Source of the DNA: Thermoanaerobaculia bacterium
GTDB lineage: Bacteria; Acidobacteriota; Thermoanaerobaculia; UBA5066
Reading direction: 5' to 3'
DNA length: 64,000 nt
Assembly: GCA_963816185.1 (NCBI GenBank)
Contig: CAWFJJ010000030.1
Coordinates: forward strand, 448,001-512,000
The notes below the pieces were generated by a model. The model had not been told where the DNA came from. It searched no databases and saw nothing but the letters and a program-made list of their open reading frames with translations. This document shows positions 30,701 through 38,508 of this stretch, one piece after another. Every line of letters begins with the position of its first letter. The stretch's first letter is position 1. Both the position numbers and the translations under genes were made by a program.

Positions 30701-31894
30701 CTAGAGACCGACGCGGGCCGTTGCCGTCACGCCGAGCGCGCTCTTGTCCGTCCGGTACCACCCTCCGACATCCACCTTCGCAGGGCCGAGGACCACGCCC
30801 GCGCCGCCCGTGAAGGCCGGCGAGCGGTCCGGGGACTCGAGGTTCACCGAGACGCCCGCGCGCACCGCGACGAGGAGAACCTCCCACTCGACGCCGCCTC
30901 CGACCTGCCGGGCGCGCAGACCCGGTACGAGCGTGTCGCTCACGGTGAGGTCGTAATCCGCGGCGACGAGAAGGCCGACCCCCGGGATCTTCACGGACGC
31001 GCCAACACGGGCCTGCTGGCCGTATGTGACCGAGCGGCCGCGATCCGCCGCCGGACCGTCCTCGGCGAACGGAAAGGAAGGTTTGTTGATTCCTCTCCAG
31101 ACTCCGCCGACCTTCAAGATTCCGAGCGACGCGAGCCCCCCGAGGTCGAACGACCAGTCTGTGTGGGAGCGCGCCGTTCCCGTCAGGGCGCGCTGGGCGA
31201 GGCTGAAGGGATCGGCGACATCCACCGTGAAAACGGACTCCTCCTTCGTATACGTCGTGCCACGGAGGGCATGAACCGCGGCGCCCACGGTGAGCCGGCC
31301 GAGGAAGAACGACATCGATTTCGAGAGCGCGAGATCCTTGAGCTCGAGTCCGCGGAACGAAGCCGCTGAATCGTTGAGCGCGATCGACGTCGCGGGGTTC
31401 GCGCCGAGCGCCGTGTGCACGAGGTCTGCGCGAGCCGACAGCCCGCTGGCGCCCCAGTCCGTGAACGAGAGCTCCCAGCCCCCGTGCGCGATCGCGAGGC
31501 CGACACTCCCGTTGCCGACGAGCCCGTTTCCGGGATCCGAGAGCGTGCGGAGCGCCCGAAGGACGTCCGCGTAGCTCTGGGCCTCCCGGCCCGAGGCGAG
31601 AGCGACCGGGTTGTTGCCCGAGATGAGCCGCGCCGGAGAAAGAAAGTCGCCGCTCTCCCGTGTGAGGAGGCCGGCGGAGATCGTGAACGCGAACTTCCGA
31701 TCCGGGACCGCCGCGGGGTTGTCGATCGCCCCTGCGACGTCGGGGCCGAGGCCCATCGACGCGCCTCCGAGCGCGGCGGAGCGGCCGCCGAAGGGGGCGA
31801 ACGGCATCTGTGCGCGCGCGGCGCCGGAAAGGAGAAGAGCCGTCCCGCAGACGGCGAGGGCGAAGTTCCCGCGAAGCGCGGAGGGCGCCGGCAT
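30701..31894 (-). CDS. Outer-membrane beta-barrel protein (TraF_2/FadL-like N-terminus)
   Basis: Signal peptide, GGRSAALGGA...NPAA motif, alternating beta strands. Confidence 0.6.
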   Translation of the reverse strand: MPAPSALRGNFALAVCGTALLLSGAARAQMPFAPFGGRSAALGGASMGLGPDVAGAIDNPAAVPDRKFAFTISAGLLTRESGDFLSPARLISGNNPVALASGREAQSYADVLRALRTLSDPGNGLVGNGSVGLAIAHGGWELSFTDWGASGLSARADLVHTALGANPATSIALNDSAASFRGLELKDLALSKSMSFFLGRLTVGAAVHALRGTTYTKEESVFTVDVADPFSLAQRALTGTARSHTDWSFDLGGLASLGILKVGGVWRGINKPSFPFAEDGPAADRGRSVTYGQQARVGASVKIPGVGLLVAADYDLTVSDTLVPGLRARQVGGGVEWEVLLVAVRAGVSVNLESPDRSPAFTGGAGVVLGPAKVDVGGWYRTDKSALGVTATARVGL

Positions 31895-31978
31895 CTGCGC
31901 CCGAGTGTACGGTCCCGAGGCGCGTTGACCCTGAAAAACCAAGGATGTTATGTTCCGGCCCCCTTGGCAGGAGGCGCA

Positions 31979-32311
31979 TTGCCGGACCTCGGATTCAAAC
32001 ACACGTGCTTCAGGTGCGGAACCAAGTTCTACGACCTCAGGAAGACGCCCGTTCAGTGCCCGAAGTGCGGCGCCGATCAGAAGGACGCGCCCCCGCAGCC
32101 GACGTCTCCCGTCGTCCTCCACGCTGCTCGCCGCGCCAAGCGTGACGAGTTCGCGGACCCGGACGTCTTCGACCGCAACCGCGAGGACGAAGACGTCGCG
32201 ACCGGTGAGCCCGAGGACCCCGCCGCCAAGCGCGTCGACGACGACGAGGAGCTCCCCCTCGGCGAGGCCAAGACGCTCGAGGGCGCCGGGGACTCGGACG
32301 ACGAATACTGA
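31979..32311 (+). CDS. FYDLN acid domain protein (TIGR02300-like)
   Basis: TTG start after GGAGG; LGFKHTCFRCGTKFYDLRKTPVQCPKCG followed by an acidic tail. Confidence 0.88.
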   Translation: MPDLGFKHTCFRCGTKFYDLRKTPVQCPKCGADQKDAPPQPTSPVVLHAARRAKRDEFADPDVFDRNREDEDVATGEPEDPAAKRVDDDEELPLGEAKTLEGAGDSDDEY

Positions 32312-32371
32312 GCCGCTTCCACGCGCGTCGAGTTACGCTTCGGCACTCTGCTCGGGAGATTTTCTTAGAAG

Positions 32372-32959
32372 GTGAAAGAAGCGGTGGCGCGCCCCAGGCC
32401 CGTCTTCGTGGCGATCGGAATGGGCGCGAACATCGGCTCCCCCCGCCGCGCCTTTCGCCACGCCGCACAAACTCTCTTTCCCTTTCTAAGAAATCCGAAA
32501 ATTTCCCCCATCTACCGCACATCCCCGGTCGGAGGCCCATCCGATCAGCCCGATTACCTCAATGCCGTCATCGCCGGAACGACCTCGCTTCCTGCGAACG
32601 CCCTTCTTACCCTTCTCAGAAAATCCGAAATCTCCGCGGGTCGAAAGCCAGGCGGGCGGAGGAACGCGCCGCGCTCCCTGGACCTCGATCTCCTCCTCTA
32701 CGGAAACGAGCGGATCGCGACGCAGCGCCTGACGGTGCCGCATCCGCGCATGACGAGCCGATTGTTCGTCCTCGTCCCGCTCGCGGACGTCGCGCCGCGG
32801 CGCGTGGTGCCGGGAACCGGAAAGACGGTCGTGCGCCTTCTCGCCGAGACCCGGCGGCGCTCCACGGAGAGAGTCAGGCGGGCGCGGAAAGCGGGCGTGG
32901 CGCGGCCGGGCGCTCGACGAGCCGCGCGAGCGCGAACAGGAGAAGGGTCATCCGGTTGA
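32372..32959 (+). CDS. folK: 2-amino-4-hydroxy-6-hydroxymethyldihydropteridine diphosphokinase
   Basis: IGMGANIG, QPDYLNAV, PRSLDLDLLLYG, LTVPHPRM..RLFVLVPL. Confidence 0.93.
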   Translation: MKEAVARPRPVFVAIGMGANIGSPRRAFRHAAQTLFPFLRNPKISPIYRTSPVGGPSDQPDYLNAVIAGTTSLPANALLTLLRKSEISAGRKPGGRRNAPRSLDLDLLLYGNERIATQRLTVPHPRMTSRLFVLVPLADVAPRRVVPGTGKTVVRLLAETRRRSTERVRRARKAGVARPGARRAARARTGEGSSG

Positions 32960-34142
32960 AGAAGCGGACGGCCAGCGCGGGCTTCTCCACGTCGCCCGCG
33001 AGCACCGAGGTGACGGCCGCCCGTAGCGCGTCGAGCGGGGCCTTCTCGCAGAACAGGCGCGTGAAGACCGGATCGTAGTAGCCGTACACGAACGGGCGAA
33101 ATCGATTCACCATTCGGCACGTGGTCTTCGCGTACTCCGAGAAGTCCGCCGCGTCCACCCGGCCCTTTTTTGCGAGCGCCGCGTCGACGACTCTCGCCGC
33201 GCGGATGCCCGCCGACATCCCGAGGAACACGCCGGTGGAAAAGACCGGGTCGAGGAACGTCGCCGCGTCACCCACGAGCGCCCATCCGTTGCCCGCGTAC
33301 CGCTCCGACGTGAAGGAATAGTCCGAGACCGCCGAGACTCCGGTGATTCTTCGCGCCGACGCAAGGTACTCGCGCATCTTCGCGGACCTTCCGAGGATTT
33401 CGTCGAGCCGTTCCTCGTGCGTCTTTCCAGAAAGCGTCTCGAGGACCTTGGGGTCGAAGACGGCACCCACGGATGCCGAGCCGTCCGAGAAGGGAATCAC
33501 CCAGTACCAGATGTCCGCCACGAACGGCAGCAGGATGTCGCCGGCGCGCTCGCCTTCGCCGCGAAAGGCGCCGTCGAAGTGCGCGTACAGGGCGGCCTTC
33601 CGGAGATTCGAGTCCGGGCGCCTCAACTTGAGGCGAGAGGCGAGAAGGGCCGCCTGTCCCGTCGCGTCGAGGATCACCTTCGCGCGGATGTCCTCGGGCC
33701 CGCCGGGAGACGAAAGGTGGACCCCCACGGCGCGTTCGCCTTGGAAGATCACCCCCTCGGCCTTCAAGCCGCGGCGAACCTGTGCTCCCGACTTCCGCGC
33801 ATGGTCGGCGAGAAGGCCGTCGAAGTCCCTTCGCTTCACGTGAAAAGCAGACGGGTGCTCGGCGTTCCAAGCCTCGCGGAAGATCACCTGGCGCGTGCCG
33901 CCCGTCGTCTCGTTCGTGAAGAGGGCGCCGTATTTCGGCTGAAACCCGGCGGCCCGGATCCTGGGAAGGACCCCCAGCTCTTCGAAGAGGGGCATGTTCC
34001 ATGGGAGAAGCGACTCCCCGATCTTGAACCGGGGCTCGGGATCGCGGTCGACCAGGAGCACCGACCGTCCGGCCCGCGCGAGAGCCGTCGCCGCGGCGCA
34101 GCCGGAAGGTCCGGCCCCGAGGACGAGGGCGTCGACCGTCAT
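32874..34142 (-). CDS. Flavin-dependent halogenase-like FAD oxidoreductase
   Basis: GAGPSG, KIGESLLP, GFQPKYGA, WYWVIP (WxWxIP), VGDAATFLDPVFSTGV. Confidence 0.8.
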   Translation of the reverse strand: MTVDALVLGAGPSGCAAATALARAGRSVLLVDRDPEPRFKIGESLLPWNMPLFEELGVLPRIRAAGFQPKYGALFTNETTGGTRQVIFREAWNAEHPSAFHVKRRDFDGLLADHARKSGAQVRRGLKAEGVIFQGERAVGVHLSSPGGPEDIRAKVILDATGQAALLASRLKLRRPDSNLRKAALYAHFDGAFRGEGERAGDILLPFVADIWYWVIPFSDGSASVGAVFDPKVLETLSGKTHEERLDEILGRSAKMREYLASARRITGVSAVSDYSFTSERYAGNGWALVGDAATFLDPVFSTGVFLGMSAGIRAARVVDAALAKKGRVDAADFSEYAKTTCRMVNRFRPFVYGYYDPVFTRLFCEKAPLDALRAAVTSVLAGDVEKPALAVRFFNRMTLLLFALARLVERPAAPRPLSAPA

Positions 34143-35056
34143 CTCGAAGAGCGGACGGAGGCTGGAAAAACGGCGCGCGTCTCGATCCGGAGCTGGTCGT
34201 TCGGAAGCGTCACGCGCGTGCCCGGCGGCACGGAGGACGTCAGCCACACGCTGCCGCCGATGACGCAGCCTTTCCCGATCACCGTCTCGCCTCCGAGGAT
34301 CGTCGCGCCCGCGTAGATGACGACGTCGTCCATGACGGTCGGATGGCGCTTCGTGCCCCGGATGAGCTCGCCGCGCTCGTTCTTCGGAAACGAGAGTGCG
34401 CCGAGCGTCACGCCCTGGTAGAGCTTCACGCGGTCGCCGATGTCCGTGGTCTCGCCGATGACGGTCCCGGTCCCGTGGTCGATGAAGAACGAGCGGCCGA
34501 TGCGCGCTCCGGGGTGAATGTCGACGCCGGTCTCGAGGTGGGCGAACTCGGTCATGATGCGCGGGATCAGCGGCACGCCGAGATCGTAGAGCGCGTGGGC
34601 GAGACGATAGGTGAAGACGGCCTTCACCCCTGGATACGCGAGCACGATCTCGTCGAAGCCGGTCGCCGCGGGGTCGCCGTCGAAGGCGGCCCGCACGTCC
34701 TCGGCGAGGAGGTCGGCGATTCCGGGCAGGGTCTCGAAGAAGCGCGTCGTGAGATCGTCCGCGCTCGAGCTCGGGCCTCCTTCGAGAGGAAGCGCCTTCT
34801 CGATCTCTTTCACGAGCCTCAGGTGAATGTGGAAGAGAACGTCCCCGAGGTGGTCGTGCAGGTTCGCGCGATAGAGCACCGCGTCTCCGTAAAAACCGGG
34901 GTAAATGACCTCCTGCAGCAGCCGAAGGATCTCGATGATCTCCTTCTTCTGGGGCCTCGGCGCCGCGTCGATGGCGGACAGCAAGGGGCGGTTCTCGGCC
35001 TCCGTCACGATGCGGTCGATCGCCGTGCGCAGGCGGTTGTCGCTCACCGGACTCAT
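34139..35056 (-). CDS. cysE: Serine O-acetyltransferase
   Basis: GDPAA, YPG, TGVDIHPGARIG, FIDHGTGTVIGET, YQGVTLGA, KRHPT. Confidence 0.9.
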   Translation of the reverse strand: MSPVSDNRLRTAIDRIVTEAENRPLLSAIDAAPRPQKKEIIEILRLLQEVIYPGFYGDAVLYRANLHDHLGDVLFHIHLRLVKEIEKALPLEGGPSSSADDLTTRFFETLPGIADLLAEDVRAAFDGDPAATGFDEIVLAYPGVKAVFTYRLAHALYDLGVPLIPRIMTEFAHLETGVDIHPGARIGRSFFIDHGTGTVIGETTDIGDRVKLYQGVTLGALSFPKNERGELIRGTKRHPTVMDDVVIYAGATILGGETVIGKGCVIGGSVWLTSSVPPGTRVTLPNDQLRIETRAVFPASVRSSR

Positions 35057-35060
35057 TCTC

Positions 35061-35924
35061 TCACCGGCCGGCCCAGTTCTTCAGAAGCTGCGCCGATTCC
35101 TCCTGGGTCTTTCGGTTCTCCACGAGATAGTCCGGATCCGGGGTCTCGGTGAGGATCTTCTCGAGCATCGCGCGCGCCTCGGCCCGGTGGGCGGGCTCGT
35201 AGTCCCACATCGCTTCGGCGAGAAACTGGCGGCCCACGAGGTTTCGCGGCCCGACCTCCACGGCGAGCCGGAGATTCTTCAGCGCGAGAGCGCGCGACGC
35301 CCAGCCCGTGAAGAACGGGATGGCCGGCGTCTGGTGATGAAGCCGGCCCAGAACGCGGTATCCGCCGCCTCCGTCGTACCGTGGGTCGAGCAGGATGACG
35401 GCCTGAGCGTAATCGCGAATCTTCGAGGCAGCCCCCTGTCTCACCGCCGCGGTCTTCCCGAAGGCGAGAGCCCATTTGCCCCAGTCGACCGCGGCCCAGA
35501 GGAACGAGGGGCAGGCTGCGGCGTTTCCCTTGACGTAGGGGACGAGCTCAACGGGGGTCGCACTCGTCAGGTCCCGGCGCGCCTCTCGGCCGGCCTCTCC
35601 CCTCAGGATGATGAGGGTCTGCTCGGCGACCGTCCGCCCTTCGTCGAAGATCGTCCGCTTTTGGGCGACGTCGTTCGTCGTGTGCTCGCCCTTGAAATAC
35701 AGGGCGCGCATGAGGCGCCAACGTACCTCGAGCGAATCCGGTTTTGCGGCGAGAGCGGCACGACAGGCGTCGATCACGAGATCGATCGGGCCGGAAAGAG
35801 CGTGGCCGCCCGTGGAGCCCTCGGCGCGAAGCGCCCAGAGCCGGTCCATGTCGGCGGGCTTCGGAGTCGGCTCGGAAGCACCGAGGAGACCCGGGAGGAC
35901 GAACAGCCAGGCAAGGGAGCGCAT
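35061..35924 (-). CDS. Secreted TPR-like helical protein
   Basis: Signal peptide MRSLAWLF...; WRLMRALYFKG, LDPRYDGGGGYRVLGRLH TPR-like helices. Confidence 0.6.
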   Translation of the reverse strand: MRSLAWLFVLPGLLGASEPTPKPADMDRLWALRAEGSTGGHALSGPIDLVIDACRAALAAKPDSLEVRWRLMRALYFKGEHTTNDVAQKRTIFDEGRTVAEQTLIILRGEAGREARRDLTSATPVELVPYVKGNAAACPSFLWAAVDWGKWALAFGKTAAVRQGAASKIRDYAQAVILLDPRYDGGGGYRVLGRLHHQTPAIPFFTGWASRALALKNLRLAVEVGPRNLVGRQFLAEAMWDYEPAHRAEARAMLEKILTETPDPDYLVENRKTQEESAQLLKNWAGR

Positions 35925-35987
35925 GGCCTCCACTATACTGGCGCGCCTCTTGCGAGGAGGCGCACGCACGAAACACGAGGTGCCGCC

Positions 35988-36311
35988 GTGGCTGACCAGC
36001 CTTCCAAGCCCGAATCCCAGCCTCCGTCCCTCCAGTTCTCGATCGACGACTCGGTTGCGAACGGCATCTACGTAAATTTCGCGAACATCATTCACAACCC
36101 CGCGGAGTTCGTCCTCGACTTCGGGCGCATCGTGCCCGGCCGCAGCGACGTCCGCGTCCTGTCGCGCATCCTCACGACCCCGGTCCACGCCAAGCAGCTC
36201 CTCAACGCCCTTGCCCAGAACGTAACTCTCTACGAAAAGACCTTCGGCACCATCCGCACCGACTTCGAGGCGCCGCGATCAGGCGGCACGGAGTCCTTTC
36301 GGCCCAACTGA
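35988..36311 (+). CDS. DUF3467 family protein
   Basis: GIYVNFANIIHNPAEFVLDF, RILTTPVHAKQLLNALAQNVTLYEKTFG. Confidence 0.85.
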   Translation: MADQPSKPESQPPSLQFSIDDSVANGIYVNFANIIHNPAEFVLDFGRIVPGRSDVRVLSRILTTPVHAKQLLNALAQNVTLYEKTFGTIRTDFEAPRSGGTESFRPN

Positions 36312-36333
36312 CCCAGCAAGGAAATCACGAGCG

Positions 36334-36864
36334 ATGAATCCACGAGCTCTCTCCGCCTGTCTCCTCGGCCTCACCTTTTCCTTCTCGATCGGCGGCCCCG
36401 CGTCGGCGGGCCCGGCCACACAAGAGAAGTCCGGGGCGTCCGCGCCGACGCCCGCCCCTCCCGAGGCCCCCATCTTCGATTCGGAGGCGATCGGAGAAAA
36501 GCAGATCGCCGAGTACCAGAAGGTGTGCCTGGACTCGGGCCGCCGGCTCCTGATCGTCTTCGGCACGAACGACTGCGCCGCGTGCCGCGCGTTCAACCAC
36601 GCGCTCCACAAGGACAAGTTCTTCGAGCCTTTCATCAACCAGTTCGTCCCCGTCTTCGTCGACGTCTCGAGCGGAACGAACGCCCAGCTTCTCGCCCAGT
36701 ACAACATCAATACGCACGCCGAGCAGCCCGGCATCGTGATCCTGATGCCCGACGGGCGCATCATCGAGGTCCTCGCACAAGGCGAGATGGCCGCTCTGAC
36801 TCGAAAAGGAGATGCCGCGGTGCAGGAGTTCTTCCTGGCACGATTCCTCAAGACCGAGAAGTAG
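36334..36864 (+). CDS. Exported thioredoxin-family protein
   Basis: Signal peptide, LLIVFGTNDCAAC (CxxC), cis-Pro region QPGIVIL. Confidence 0.8.
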   Translation: MNPRALSACLLGLTFSFSIGGPASAGPATQEKSGASAPTPAPPEAPIFDSEAIGEKQIAEYQKVCLDSGRRLLIVFGTNDCAACRAFNHALHKDKFFEPFINQFVPVFVDVSSGTNAQLLAQYNINTHAEQPGIVILMPDGRIIEVLAQGEMAALTRKGDAAVQEFFLARFLKTEK

Positions 36865-36900
36865 TCCCGCGGCGCCCCTTCCTCTGGCAAAATCGAGACG

Positions 36901-37512
36901 GTGGCACTCTCCAGGAGCGGAGTCCAGCCCGCGCCAGACCCGGGTGATCTGCTGCTCGTCGCGGCGGGGGACGACGCGGCCCTCACGCGTCTCGTCACGA
37001 GATGGCGCCAGCCGGTCTACGCTCTTTTCGAGCGTACACGAGAACCTTCCGCGGCGGCCGAGGCCACGATCCTGACCTTCGAACGCCTGGTCCTGACGGC
37101 GGAGGACTATGCGCCGGGGTCGCCCTTCCATGCGTTTCTGTGGGGCCTCGTCGCGAAAGTCCTGCAGGACGCGAAAATCGGCGACGTTCTCGAGATTCCG
37201 GCGCTGAAGCTCGCGGACTCCCCTTCCGCGCGGACGGCCCTCGTGCGCTCGGCGATCGCCGCGCTGCCGGCTGGCGAGCGGAGCGCGTTCCTGCTCACAC
37301 GCGTCGCCCGGCTTTCCGTCGCCGCCGCCGCGGAGGCGCTCGGCGTCTCCGAAACGGAAGTACGGCGACGCCTCGTACGCGCCCTCGAGAGTCTTCGGGT
37401 TTTTCTTCGTCCTCTTCTCGAGACCTCGGGGTCTTCGCCGACACGGACCGGCCCCGACGACGCGGATCGAGATGCGACCGGTTCCGACAAGCCGAAGATG
37501 GCAGCGTCGTGA
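36901..37512 (+). CDS. Divergent ECF sigma factor-like protein
   Basis: AAGDDAALTRLVTRW (region 1.2/2.1) and AIAALPAGERSAFLL...AAEALGVSETEVRRRLVRA (region 4). Confidence 0.7.
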   Translation: MALSRSGVQPAPDPGDLLLVAAGDDAALTRLVTRWRQPVYALFERTREPSAAAEATILTFERLVLTAEDYAPGSPFHAFLWGLVAKVLQDAKIGDVLEIPALKLADSPSARTALVRSAIAALPAGERSAFLLTRVARLSVAAAAEALGVSETEVRRRLVRALESLRVFLRPLLETSGSSPTRTGPDDADRDATGSDKPKMAAS

Positions 37513-38486
37513 CCTGCGACGAGCTGCGCGAACGAATCGTGGACCCGGCGTCGGCCGCGCAGGGCGGGCACGCGCCTGTCGTCGCCCATCTCGAGGAGTG
37601 CTCGGCCTGCCGGTCCGCGGCCCGCGACTACGCCGCGCTCGATCGGCTCATTCGCCCCGCGACGCCCTCAGAACCGCCGTCCGATCTCGAAGTGCGCCTG
37701 AGGCAGAGGCTGACGGTAAGACCCGGGTCGGCGAGGCGAAGCGCCTGGCTTCTCGCGGGCGCCGTGGCCGTGCTCGCGCTCGTGGCGTTCGCGGCTCCGC
37801 GCCTTCTGCGCGGGCGAAGCGCACCCTCGACCGCGGTCGGGGCGGTTTCAGCCCTGCCGGCCTCCGCGGTGCCGGCCGGCGCGCGTTCCGAGGTTCGTGA
37901 GGCTCCTCCGCCGGACATCGTCGCCGTCCACTCGACGCCGATCTCGTTCCAGGAGCCTCCGCTGACGGCGCAGGAAAAGTCCGAGGCGAGGGAGCTCCAC
38001 GAGTTCGATTTTCTCAGCTCGTTCCAGACGCTCGCGCGCCTCGACGCGTTCTTTCCCGAGCCCGTCGGACCGCGCGCGCCGGTTCCGATTCCGGCAGGCG
38101 GGTTCTCGTCGCGCCCTCCCGACTCGCCGGACGCGCTCACGGGTCGCTTCCTGGACTGGCAGCGCACTCCGAAGAAAGAGCGCGAGCGGCTCTTCGCGCT
38201 CGAACAGGCGTTCCGGAACCGCCCCGACGAGGAACGCGCGCTTCTCGAGGACCGATGGACGCTCGTGCGCGATTTCACCGAAGACCAGCGAGCGGGGCTC
38301 CGTCGCCTCGCGAGCCGCCTGGACGACCTCGACGCGCGCGCCCAAGAGCGCCTCGCGGCCGACATCCGGCTCATCGGCCGGCTTCCCAGGGAGGAGCGCG
38401 CGGCGCGCTGGCGGGCGCTCTCGTTTGCGAAGCCGCTCACCGGGCAGGAGCTCGCGAGCGCCGAGAGGCTTCTCCTCTCGCGATGA
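37509..38486 (+). CDS. Zinc-finger anti-sigma factor with TM and DUF3106-like helical C-terminus
   Basis: GTGA overlap with the sigma gene; HLEECSAC (HxxxCxxC), TM helix, helical repeats (WQRTPKKERERL, FRNRPDEERALL, LPREER). Confidence 0.7.
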   Translation: MTCDELRERIVDPASAAQGGHAPVVAHLEECSACRSAARDYAALDRLIRPATPSEPPSDLEVRLRQRLTVRPGSARRSAWLLAGAVAVLALVAFAAPRLLRGRSAPSTAVGAVSALPASAVPAGARSEVREAPPPDIVAVHSTPISFQEPPLTAQEKSEARELHEFDFLSSFQTLARLDAFFPEPVGPRAPVPIPAGGFSSRPPDSPDALTGRFLDWQRTPKKERERLFALEQAFRNRPDEERALLEDRWTLVRDFTEDQRAGLRRLASRLDDLDARAQERLAADIRLIGRLPREERAARWRALSFAKPLTGQELASAERLLLSR

Positions 38487-38508
38487 CGGTCCCGTAGACT
38501 CGCGCGCG

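Noticed and set aside
30701-31894. Conjugative element suggested by TraF-like similarity
   Set aside because: No relaxase, T4SS, integrase or att sites in the window.
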